A stretch of DNA of 64,000 bases from Azolla caroliniana (lineage: Eukaryota; Plantae; Polypodiophyta): assembly GCA_043228905.1 (NCBI GenBank), contig JBHGNT010000001.1:14694001-14758000 (forward strand), read 5' to 3'. The notes under the pieces were generated by a model. It had not been told where the DNA came from, ran no database searches, and saw only the letters and a list, made by a program, of their open reading frames with translations. Numbering within the stretch: the first letter of the stretch is position 1; the number at the start of each line of letters is the position of its first letter. Both the position numbers and the translations under genes were made by a program. Positions 1 to 11,826 of the stretch are shown piece after piece.

Positions 1-142
1 AATTCTCTCTTTCTATCTTAACACTATATCTCTTTTCCACTCTTTCTCTTTCTCTCTCTTTGTCTTGACAGTTTGAACCAATTTTTCATTTCTCCCTCTT
101 CCAACAAGTTCTCTTCTTTCTTCTCCTCTCCCCTCCTAAGTT

Positions 143-1110
143 ATGGAGTCCGTGAGCAAACAGGAATACATGCATGTTCTTTCTGAGCTTGACATGATCA
201 CGAATAAATTTGTGGCATTAGAGCATGAAAATCAAAGGCTACTGGGCGACCTACAACAAATGAGTACCGAAAAAGCTCAACAATATGAAGAGGTATCACA
301 ACTGGTTCATCAACTCGAGGCTACTATATTGTCATTACGAGAACAAGCGTTGGGGGCTCAAAACTCCCCTCGAGAACCAAAGATTAGCCTCCCTGCCAAG
401 TTTGATGGTACAAGTTCTTTATTTCGAGGCTTCTTGAATCAAGTCCGTTTGGTTATTCAGTTACATCCCAATCGGTACCCAACTGATGCTCCTCGTGTGG
501 GATTAGTGGGAACCTTGCCATGTGGTACAACATTAGCATGGTTTGCACCACTTCTCGAGAAGAAATCACCGTTGTTGGAGGATTTTGAAGCATTTATTAA
601 GGAGTTTCAAGCTAGTCTCGGAGACACCGACCACATTAGGATGGCGATAAACAAGATTCGAAGGCGCCGAAAAGGAGATCGCCCCGCATCAGCTTACACA
701 ACCGATTTCTGTCTTTTGGCATGTGATATCCCTTGGGATGAGGCGGCCTTAATGGATCAATTTGGTCAAGGTTTGTGTAATGATGTCAAAGATCTTCTTC
801 TTACTTTCCATGAAGATTTGAAGTCTCTAACAGAGGCTATTAGTCAAGCCGTGCGATGTGATAATTGCCTATTTGAGCAATGTTCTGAGCACCAACAAAT
901 GTTACCTTGCCAATCGGAACAGACGTATGCTTCTGTAGTTGCAATGCCTCCACAAGTTTCCAGACCCATTGCAAGGAATGGCCCATCTCTGATGGAAATA
1001 AAGACAACACAACGTTGAGGGCCTTTATTAGATGCTGAGAAGCAACGATGTCGAGCACACCGCCTATGCCTATATTGTGGCGGTCCAGGACACACCACCG
1101 TGATTTGTCC
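143..1110 (+). pseudogene. gag of element A (retrotransposon gag, PEG10/RTL1-like family)
   Basis: ORF 143-1018 (EPKISLPAKFDG, RLVIQLHPNRYPTD). CCHC knuckle CLYCGGPGHTTVIC follows an in-frame stop at ~1065-1110. Confidence 0.85.
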
Positions 1111-1293
1111 ACATAAACCTAGATGCCAAGTATACCAAGGAAGCGCACATGAAATCCCTTCTTCGAGTTCCATTATTACTTCTAATAACATAAATAAGCC
1201 TAATAGTCCATGCCATGAGAATAGATTTGATGTCTTGAGTCAATTAGAGGATGTGTTAAATGAGTAAGTCCGGTCAAAATAGGAGCCATTTGG

Positions 1294-4200
1294 TTGAAAC
1301 ATCCTAGATATGTAGAGTTACTTCCTAGTCGTGGTTCCATTTCATCGAGTGAAGTGAGTAGAGTTTTTTCTGCACAAGTTGAGCTTACCATATCTACATG
1401 TCATCGAGTCCTAGCCTCTGCCCTCCTAGATTTTGGAGCCAACTCTTGTTTCATGGATCATGAATTTGCATTGTCACAAAACATCCTTTTGAATAAGCTC
1501 TCGAACCCAGTAGCCGTAGGAGTCATTGATGGCCATCCAAGAGCATCAGGTGATATAGTTGAGGAGTCCGAGCCAATTCGTATAGTTCTTGGCGATTTGG
1601 CAAGCATAATCTCTTTCAACATTATTCGCAGTTCGGAACACCCAATAGTTCTAGGTCTCCTTTGGTTTGAACTCCATAACCTGAAGATTGATTGGATGAA
1701 AATGACAATTGAGGAGACCTAGGAAGAAAGAACAAAGCTCGCATCCCACAACTCTTTGACATTTGATACTAGATCCCATAAGTTATCGACCATCTCTTTA
1801 AACCAGTTACATGAGGAAGGGGGGACCGAGGATATGCTCGTATTCACAATAGTAACAACTCTATCATCCACCTTACATGAAGGGGACATTAAACTACCAG
1901 TGAAATACAAAGAGTTCTTTGACGTCTTTGATAAGGTGAAGGCCAATACATTGCTAGAGCATTGGCCATACAACTGCGCAATTGACTTACAACCAGGGAA
2001 AGAACCTCTTTGGGACCCAATTTATAATATCTCCCCTATAGAGCTAGAGACTTTGCAGGAATATATCAATGAGAATCTTGCAAATGGATTCAATCAGCAT
2101 TCTAGATCCCTTGCTCGTGCACCTATCTTCTTCGTTAAGAAAAAGAACGGGTCTCTTCGGTTGGTCGTGGATTATTGAGGGTTAAACAAAGTGACCATCC
2201 GGAATAGATATGCTCTACCGTTAATCCCGAATCTTTTGGAATGTCTCAATGGAGCAAAATATTTCACGAAGTTGGACCTTCGTGGTGCATATAATCTAGT
2301 TCGGATTCGTTTGGGGGATGAATGGAAGATTTCTTTTCACACTCGCTATGGACATTTGGAGTATATTGTGATGCCATTCGGTCTCACGAATGCACTTGCA
2401 GTTTTCCAGCATATGACGAATGATATTTTTCGAGATTTTCTTGATATCTTCATTATAGTTTACCTAGATGCCATTTTGATCTACTCGAAGACCCAAGAGG
2501 AGCATGATGAACATGTTCGTCAGGTACTACATCGACTACGAGAATATGGTCTCTATGCAAAATTAGAAAAGTGTAGTTTCGACCAAAATCAAGTGGAATT
2601 TTTGGGGTACGTTGTATCATTAGATGGTATTTCTATGGACCCCATGAAGGTTCAAGCAATTTTTGAGTGGCAGATGCCCATTTCAGTACGTGATGTACAA
2701 TGTTTTCTCAAGTTTGCAAACTTTTATCGGAAATTTATTAAAAATTATTCTAAGGTCATGCTTCCACTCGCTCAACTCACACACAAAAATTAAGCATTCA
2801 TATGGAGTGCAGATGAAACCGAGGCATTTGAAAATTTAAAACGGGTGTTTACAACGGCACCTATTTTAGCACATGTCGACCCAACAAAACGCTTCATCCT
2901 TGAATCTGATGCATCTGATTTTGCACTAGGAAGTGTCCTATCGCAGACTGGAGATGACGGAGAGCTACACCCTGTCGCCTTTCATTCCCGAAAGTTTGAA
3001 GCTGACATATTTTCAAAATGCTCGAGTCTTGAGTCGGCGACAAGCCCGATGGGTGCAATTTTTGACCCACTTCGACTTTGTAATCATATGTTGCCTTGGG
3101 ATGCAGCAAGGCAAAGTAGATGTGCTTTCTCGATGCTCTTATATGGAACTTTGTCCAGGGGAACCTGCGTTTGAGCATAAAAAACAAATCCTTTTGGGTC
3201 CTAATTGCCTACGATTAATGGTAGTTAATGCCATAACAACACTTGAAGATGCCACTCTTCTTGATTCCATTCGAGATCATATGGACACTGATGAATTCAC
3301 CAAAGATGTTTTGGATCATATTGTCCTAGATCGTGCTTCTTGCTTGCTGTCAAAAAACCCTCATAATGATTATGGTCAATTCTATTGGCATGGTGGTTTT
3401 CTATTTCAACAAAACCTATTGTATGTTCTTGATGGTCCCCCGCGACTGCAAGTTTTACAACACTGCCATGACTCACCAATGGCTGGACATTTTGGAGTAC
3501 GCAAAACTCTAGAATTAATTTCTCGACAATATTGGTGACCTAGCCTTCGTCATTTTGTTGAGGAGTATGTTCACAGATGTGATACATGTTGTCGATCAAA
3601 GAGTCCTCGACACTGATCCTATGGCTTACTACAACCACTTCCCATTCCGAAAAATCCTTGGAAGTCTATATCCTTGGATTTCATTACCGATCTCCCAGTT
3701 TCAAAAGGTTATGATGCAATTCTCACAGTGGTTGATCGACTTACCAAAATGACACATTTCTTGCCATGTACAAAGTCTATTACTAGTCAAGAGGTGGTCG
3801 ATCTAGTTATGCGGGAGGTATTTAAGCACCGTGTTCTTCTAGATGATATTATTAGTGATCGGGGTTCACAATTTATCTCAAAGTTTTGGAAGCACATACT
3901 CAAACTTCTCCAAATTTCGGCTAAGCTTTCTTCGGGTATCATCCTGAGACTAATGGCCAAACGGAGCGTACCAACCAGACATTGGAGCAATATCTTCGTT
4001 GTTTCATCAACTACCAACAAGATGATTGGGTTGATTTTTTGCACTTGGCTGAATTCGCTTACAACAACTCGGTCCATTCTTCTACGAGATATTCCCCATT
4101 TTTTGCAAATACGGGCCTTCATCCTCGGTGGACAATGAATGCACATCTAGAAGTGCCTACCAACCCTGTTGCTGAGGATCATCTTAGTCGCCTCCAAGAA

Positions 4201-4739
4201 ATTCACGCTGCCATTCTTCACAATTTGCGTGATGCTCAAGTTACACACAAGAGGTTTGCGGATCGTCATTGCCTAGATTCCTCCAAAAAATTCCATGTTG
4301 GGGATCGTGTATGACTTCTCCAACACAACATCAAGACTATTCGGCCTTGCGGTAAATTGTATTACCAACGTTTTGGCCCATACATGATCACTGGTAAGAT
4401 AAGTGATGTTGCATTTCGTCTTGGCCTCCCTCTACACATGCTCTTCATTCGGTGTTTCATATATCCCTTTTGGAACCTTATGCCACAAGTTCAATTCCGG
4501 GTCGTCTAATAACTCCCCTACCACTTGTTGAGTTCTTGGAAGGACCTGAATTTGAGGTTGCTGCCATTCTTGATTCTAAAATCGTGCGCAACAAGTTGTA
4601 TTACTTGGTTGATTGGGTAGGCTATACCCCCAACGATCGAACTTGGGAACCTGCAACAAATCTTTCTAATTCCGCGGACATGGTCACCATATTTCATCGC
4701 GACTATCCTCATAAACCAAGCCCTACATATGACCCGTGA
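1294..4739 (+). pseudogene. pol of element A: protease, RT, RNase H, integrase, chromodomain (stops, frameshifts)
   Basis: ALLDFGA (protease); [25 protein letters not shown] (RT); [10 protein letters not shown] (RNase H); HCHDSPMAGH, MDFITDLP, ISDRGSQF (IN); FEVAAILD...YLVDWVGY..DRTWEP (chromodomain). RNase H has an internal deletion near 3005. Confidence 0.9.
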
Positions 4740-5154
4740 GACGTGTCATCATAGAAGGGGGATAGTGTCATGATGACACTCACATCATGCCTCGAAAAGA
4801 TTTGAACCCACAACCTTGTTATATACATGTCAAATCCTTAACCATTGTAATAACATGTTTATGTGTATAGTTTTTAGAATATATAATCAAATATGATAAG
4901 AATATTCTATATTACTTTATATTCTAGAATGTCCAAGAATATTCTAGAGTGTTCTCTATTCTAGAACCTTCTAGAATACTCTATAAACCTTCTAGACTAC
5001 TAGATTACTCTATACTCTAGAATGTCCTAGAATATTCTAGAGTAATCTATAAGGACTTATAAATAGGAATCTATCAATCCTCCAAAAACCACATTGGTTC
5101 AACACCATCCTACAACTCCCTACTGTCTACTCTTTGTACTCTATCTTATATTGC

Positions 5155-5203
5155 TGTCGAGACTTGACAATAGGAGAGAGAAAGATAAGATGACAATAGA
5201 AGG

Positions 5204-5261
<58 letters not shown>

Positions 5262-5757
5262 ACTAGAAATGGAAAGAGAGTTTATATTGTAAGAGAGCAA
5301 GGATTACAAAGAGTAGGCTAAGGGGCTACAAACTGGTGTTGAACCGAATGAGTTGTGATGAATGAATAGACACCTATTTATAGGTTCTTATGGAGTATTC
5401 TAGAATGTTCTAGAATATTTTAGATATTTATGATATTTAATAATCATGGAATATCCTAGAATGTTCTAGAATACTCTAAATATCTTGTAATAACTAATAA
5501 TACATTTATTATAACTATATATCATATATGTTATTGTAATGGTTAAAGGTCTAACATATAGACCAAGACGTCTTGGGCTCCAATCCTTTTAAGGCTAAAA
5601 TGTTTGTCTTCATGACATTATCCCCCTTTTTCGACCACGAGTCGGAAGACAAGATTTCAGACTTGGCTTATGGGGATATTTGTTGTGAAACGTAGCAACC
5701 ATTTCGGAGGCATTAACAAGATTCTCTAGAGGTTCCCATGTTCGATCATTAGGTGTA
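5155..5757 (-). mobile_element. 3' end of Tcn1-like element B (chromodomain, PPT, 3' LTR) inserted in opposite orientation into the LTR of A
   Basis: Minus strand reads TPNDRTWEPLENLVNASEMVATFHNKYPHKP (5655-5757). PPT AAAAAGGGGGATAA is at 5618-5631. The LTR runs TGTCATG (5617) to ...CTCGACA (5155) and contains a (TA)n(GA)n microsatellite. Confidence 0.8.
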
Positions 5758-6084
5758 AGAGTTCTTACTTACAACGTTAGGTTATCATTTATGTACTAAG
5801 CCCTAACTCTTTGGACGAGTTCATACTAGGATACAAGGTGGAAGGAGTCGACCTTTTATGCCAACAAAGAGGCATTAAGAGAAAGAGAGAGAGAATTGAG
5901 GAATAGAACCGAGGAGGAGAAGAGGGGAACCGAAGAGAGTCTCCGAAAGATTCAAGGAAGTTATGACCGGTTGGAGGAGAAGGATTGCCTACACCAAGAG
6001 AAGGATAAGCTTCGGAAAATGGCGGAGAGAGAGATCGAAAGGCTGAAGGAAGAGATCCAACAGTAGAAGGATCGGGATGATTGG

Positions 6085-7565
6085 TTGTGGTCACAAATCA
6101 ACCAGCGCCTAAAGCGGAAAACAGAGGACTTCGAGAAGTTGTACCGGGACCATAGGCAGCTGGAGGCGGAATATAAGAAACTAGGGTCGGATTATGATTT
6201 CCAGCAACAGAAGCTGACGGAAGCCCGGACAGAGTTGAAAGAGAAAACGGAGGCATTGACGGACCAAGGATGGATGATGGCTTAGGCAACGACAAGAGTG
6301 CTGGAGGAAGCAGCGAAAGAGCGCACAGAGCTTGTGTCGAAGAACTAGCAAGAGGTGGAACCAGCGAAGGTGGTTTTGGACAGGGTACTGACAACCTACC
6401 AAACCAAACTGATGGAGTATGAAGTGCATGCGACCGTTGCAACCGACCTCATCAAACAACTCAAGAACAAAAAGGACGCCATAGAAGACAAATCGAAATT
6501 GGGCATCCAAAGAATTTGGATGATCGTCACAACATGGACAGACCGAACGAAGATAAGGATAGATGAGTGGCCGGTGATAGTATGGAATCAATGGTTCCGA
6601 TAGGTGGCAGAACTCCAACTACTCTAGGCGGATGCTGAAAACCGGAAAAAGGCTGACAACAATTTCTACAAAATGGATGAGGAAAGTATTCTCACCATTT
6701 GGGAAGAAATGTCATATGATTTTTTGGCCTTGGCCAAAACTCAAATAGAGGTTGTCCGGATGCTCATCGATAGGCTTGAAGATGACCAACTCGACGTGCA
6801 ACTACAGTTCGAGGGCAATGAGTTGGTGCGACAACAGAAGGAAGCTTAAAAGGGAGTGGAGCAAATCAACATCAGTGATGAGGAGCAATCAACGGAGCCA
6901 CAACTGAAGCTATAGTCGGAGCAGCAGATGGAAGCAACCGGAACGTAGCAAACTGAAGGAGCCAGAGGGAGTCGGACTAGATAAGCAACAATAGCCTCAG
7001 TAGCCAGATCAACAACAACAACAACAAATGGAGAAGGAACCAATCGAGCCCTTGGATCAAAGTATCCTGGACATACTTGATGAAGACTGAAGGAGCTAAC
7101 CCGTGGGTTCAACGTTAAATGCATTATCCCACGGGTGTGCCATGTGTTGGCCCTAGAGTATGTTCTGGGGGAGTAATGTGGATGGGGACGAGTCGGAGCA
7201 GCATAATATAATTAGTAGAATAATTATTAAGTAATAGAATAGGAACTGACGGATCTAGATAGTTGTACCAAAATGGATCCACACCGATTGGTAGCCGGTA
7301 AGGCACCGTTTTGTAATTCCTACCAGATTCCTATAAAAGGGTCCAGGATCGATGTAAATGATTAACGGAAGTAATATAAGATTAGCGTTTGTTCGTAATT
7401 CTATTGTGTCTTGGTGTACCTGCCATTCTGCGCTTAATTTGTTAATCTTACACGTGTTATACGAAAACAATTGTGTATTAACAATCCGGAGAGTATCCGA
7501 AATTAGATGGATCAGAATCGGATCCGGATAGGCACCGGATGACATTGGATTCTGATCCATCAACA
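6085..7565 (+). mobile_element. 3' fragment of a non-chromovirus gypsy related to the 36823-47522 element (coiled-coil extra ORF + 3' LTR)
   Basis: Peptides KRKTEDFEKLYRDHRQLEAEYKKL and TWTDRTK are homologous to 38393-37803 (-). LTR TGTTGG..TCAACA spans 7145-7565 with TATA CCTATAAAAG at ~7330. Same pre-LTR motif as at 37300. Confidence 0.75.
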
Positions 7566-8137
7566 CATTTTTTCTCTCAACACATTTTTTGAAGGTCAGT
7601 TCTATCAATTTAAGAAAAAGTGATCATTCATTCAATGAAATTTAACCTAGCTTTTCAAAAACCTAGTTTATACACATGTTTTCCTTTTATTTCTTTATCA
7701 AACAATAACGACTCTCGATTCTCTTCTCCTTCTTCTCCCTCTTCTCCCTCTCCTTCATTTCCCTCTCCTTCTTCTTCTGCAACGGTTCTTCTCCCTCCTT
7801 CATCTCCTTCTCCTTCTTCTTTTGCACCGGTCAGGCTAGCTTGTGAGTGTAAAGACTAATCAGGTATTTTTCCTGAACACAGTTACACAAGTATTTGTAC
7901 TTCTCATCCCAATTCTTTGACTCAAAAAAGTATATATGTTAGTGTAATCGTACATATTTATGTCCAATCGTTATGATATTGGGGTTTAGGCTTGAAATAT
8001 TATCTGGTTATCTTTCTAAACTCTCAAGATCTACCATAATTTGGATTTGAATGGTTAATTAATAATGATCATGTTTGTATTACCATCACTTGCCTGTCTT
8101 GATAGAGCTTCTTGCAAAATCAATGTATTTTTAGTAA

Positions 8138-8350
8138 CTATTTATTCCTCCTCAATTCATCCATAGCTTTCTTTATCTGATCCAAATCCTCTTGAGGAGC
8201 GCGTTTCTCTTTATCTTCTTTCAATGTCTTCTCATCTAACGCAATAATTTGCTCCCCGTTTGCTTTTGCATCAGCCACATTCTTTCTCTTTTCATCTTCG
8301 TCAGCATACATCTTTGCATCCTTCACCATCTTAACTCGCTTATTTATGCT
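8138..8350 (-). pseudogene. HSP70/DnaK C-terminal (lid) fragment
   Basis: LSINKRVKMVKDAKMYADEDEKRKNVADAKANGEQIIALDEKTLKE resembles the DnaK/organellar HSP70 segment LS..EIEKMVKDAE..AEED.KR. No ATPase domain nearby. Confidence 0.6.
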
Positions 8351-11331
8351 TAGAATGGTATTATCTTCCTAGTGGATATATATTGCATTCATGTCAAAAT
8401 GCTATAGCTCAATCTATCATAACAATCTCTTGGAGCCTTCCATAGAAGAGATTTATAGAACAAGTTAACAACCCAATCAAAAACCAAGGAAAATGGGAGA
8501 ATAGAACAAAAAAGAAAAGCATCATAAACCCAGGTTTTGGATGCTAAGAAACCATGATTTTCTTCAGAGGAAACAACTGCTCCATTTCTGAAGTAAGAAA
8601 TGCCATTTCTTGCGTCTACGAAACACATGTATTGAGTAGACAAGGCAATAGTTAAAGGCTATATTTTTTCCTACCTTGCCTTCATCATCAAGAACCCCTG
8701 CAACATAGCATTCATTAGTTGTAGTTGATGTGATATAAGATTTTCTTTTGCTCATCTAATTAGTCAAAGACATTCACAAGAAATAAACCTATAATGTGCA
8801 ATATTGTTTCTTGAATATCTAAAGATCATCTTGGGTTGTTCACTATGCATCTTATAAATAGGCATCTTGCTCTAGAGTTTGCTCTAATCTCATGTTTGTA
8901 AATTAAATTTGCGTCCTATCTCTGTGTAATCATAAACCTTTGTTAAAAACTCCTCTGGAGAGAGCAAACTGGAGAGAACGAATATTTTTTGCTTTCCTAG
9001 TAGGTCTCTTTTGTACTCAGCATTTATTTACCTTGGATATGTAGATTGAGTAATATAAATTTATGTGGTTTGTATCTAAGGGATAATCAATATGTAGATG
9101 CTCACACTGCTCTAGTACTTGGTCAACTACTACATCCATGGGTACTCTTACAAAACATTTATTAGAAAAACATCACATTAATAGCACCTCAAGTATGAAC
9201 CCAATGTCTATGATCCAACATCCCTTAGATACATCTAAGCTTCTAATAACCCATACATTAGAGAAGAAAATTGATAGCCTTGTAACAAAATATATAATCA
9301 CAGAAATGTTACGTCATGTCCAAGTTGCGTCCTTAGGTTTTAAACAATTCATACATGATGTCTTACCAGGGTATGGGCTTAAGTCAACGCATACTTTAAA
9401 ACAATCAATATGGCAAATGTATGTTGTCATTCGTCAAATAGTTACACTTGATTCACGTATTGCAATTACATTTGATGGGTGGTCAAATAGTAGTTTGAAA
9501 GGATTTTATCCAATGACATGACATTGGGTATGTACAAAATCTACCAAGCCAATGTCTATACTCATTGATTTCTTCCATGTATTTCCTGGTGATGGCGTAC
9601 GTAAGCGTTGTGGTCAAGCTTTATTTATGCGTTTAAAATCCTTCGATATTTCTTCTCACATCTTATCCATAACATTTAATGGTGCTAGTGATGTTATTAT
9701 GGCCTCAAATGAGTTGGGTAGATTGTTGCATGATATGCATGGAGATGATATTTTTCCTTCATCAAATATGTTGAGATGTATGGTTCATGTATTTCAACTT
9801 GGTATTAAGGCTGCATTAGAGGTCATCTCAGCTTCCATTATGAAGTTGAGAAATATTTTGTTATCCATACGTTCTAGTAAAGTTCGTAGAGCTATATTTA
9901 GAAAGTATTCTAAATCAATGTATGAACATGGAGAGCGGGAGCCACCTTGTCTTGATATCATTGTGAGAGGAATTCCACCCTAGAAATGTACCAAGAAGCC
10001 TTGAAACTTAGAGATGTTTTAAGTTGCACTATAACCGACTCTATTATTGCTGCAGATTTCGTTGATAGTATGCTTACTATAGATGATTGGAACCACATAC
10101 AAACAATGGAGCAATGGCTTCTTCTACCTGCTAGAATTTGTACCCTAGCCTCTCAATAGTTTCTCTTGCCTTCAATGGCATGTTATCACATTGCAACAAG
10201 TATTTGGGAGTGGATGTGGAATCAATAGAATCTAGCTCAAGTAAGGCAACTCTTGAAGTGCAAGAAAAGGCTAGTGAGAAATGTTTACAATATTTGATAA
10301 GATAGCAAGAATCGTTGAAATCCATACCTTTCTTGATCCACGGCATGGTACTCTATTAATATTTTTTTTCATACATAATAAATTGATTGCTATATTTTTT
10401 CTCATACATAATGTGTTTCATCTTCATATATGTTTTCAGAGTTCCAATATCCAATAACACAATTGAGAGGAATTTGGATATTGATTTGGTTCACAATGTA
10501 TTGGAAAAAAATTATGTAGTTTATGTTCCAAACTCTATTGATGAGACACAAGAAAGAAATCTTACAAAACAGGAAGAATATCACTATCTCACTTTCGATG
10601 GCGTAGTTTACCAACAAATAAAAGGTACGGCCATGGGTAGCAACTTTTCAGTCGTATATGCATGCCTCTTTTTAGTATATCTCGAAAACTTACAACCATC
10701 GCCCCCCATCTCTTCTACTTCACCTGCTATATTGATGATGCATTTGGGGTCTAGACAGGCACCAAATCTCAACTTTTAGAATATCTCGACTTTTACCTTT
10801 ACACACAAATAACTCCATCAAGCTTATTATTCAAACTTCCCCCTTTAGGCTACCTTTTTTAGACATATGGATTAACCTCGAAAACTCATCATTTTCATTC
10901 AATTGTTTTCAAAAAACCTCTCAATTCATACCAATACTTGCCTTTTTCATCGGATCATCCTTCCCATACGAAACAACACTTTATCACTAATGAAGTGAAT
11001 AGATATCTCATTAGAGAAAGCACCCCATTAGGTTTCTACCAAATGAAAAAACTCTTTTTCAATAGACTAGTTAACCGTGGTTACCCTCCGAATACTAAAA
11101 AGCTATAAGAAAATACCTTTTAATCTTAGAAAAACACTCCTATATCAACCCAAAACTACTACTTCACTTACCCCACAATCTTTAAACTTAGATACACCAA
11201 ACATACCCCAAAACTAGGAATTCATAGTTTTCTAAAAAATCTCTATAATGACTTAATGTTAGATCTCGGGCTTACAAGAATCTCACGCCCTTCGTATGTT
11301 GGACAAAATCTAAGTCCATACATGCCCTCCT

Positions 11332-11537
11332 AGTTAAGACTAAGTTTTCAAAAAATCCACCAAAATCCCCCACTTAAAACTAAGCTTTCAAACAATCCAC
11401 CCAAATCCCCCACTTAAGACTAAATTTTCGAACAATCCACCCAAACCCCCCACTTAGGACTAAATTTTCAAACAATCCACCAAAATCCCCCACTTAACGC
11501 TAAGTTTTCAAATAATTCACCCACATCCCCCACTTAA
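11332..11537 (+). repeat. 40-bp tandem repeat, ~5 copies, in the PLE 3' region
   Basis: Unit approximately CTTAAGACTAAGTTTTCAAACAATCCACCCAAATCCCCCA. Confidence 0.9.
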
Positions 11538-11771
11538 TATTATACCGCCATCCTAAATCCCCCTTTTTCATCACATTAAGAACTCCCCCCTCACCATCAT
11601 CATTATACTCATTCCCCATCACTTTCCTACACACATTTCTCTCTCTCTCTCTCTCTCTCTCATCACCACATCCTATTCTATCTCATCTACTACACAAATC
11701 AAATCCTCCCCACTCTTCTTTCACTCCCTCTTCCTTCCCAACCCTTTATTAATCACATTCTCTTGTTGTAA

Positions 11772-11826
11772 TGGTCTTTGCACTGAAGAGCTCCACTATG
11801 GAGCAAAACTAGTTTGCCTAAGACCA
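11772..11826 (+). ncRNA. Minimal type I hammerhead ribozyme (G12A mutant copy)
   Basis: Stem I TGGTCTT-TGCA / TGC-CT-AAGACCA; core CTGAAGA; stem II GCTCC-actat-GGAGC; AAAAC in place of GAAAC; palindromic stem III CTAG; GTT cleavage triplet. Confidence 0.8.

Larger units (their letters stand above)
1..5154 (+). mobile_element. Ty3/gypsy chromovirus (Tcn1-like) LTR retrotransposon A, degenerate
   Basis: 5' LTR tail ends ...CTTGACA at 70. Order is gag-PR-RT-RH-IN-chromodomain. PPT AGAAGGGGGATAG lies at 4753-4765 and the 3' LTR starts TGTCATG at 4766 (TATA at ~5058). The LTR is interrupted at 5155 by element B. Confidence 0.9.

Noticed and set aside
143-1018. Domesticated PEG10/RTL1-like host gene
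   Set aside because: It is the gag of an LTR element with adjacent decayed pol and a stop before the zinc knuckle.
5758-6084. Separate LTR fragment or gene (ORF 5789-6094)
   Set aside because: Purine-rich low-complexity sequence with no partner LTR, TSD or motif; cannot be assigned.
8138-8329. Functional HSP70 gene
   Set aside because: Only ~70 aa of the lid; upstream frame has multiple stops and no ATPase or substrate-binding domain.
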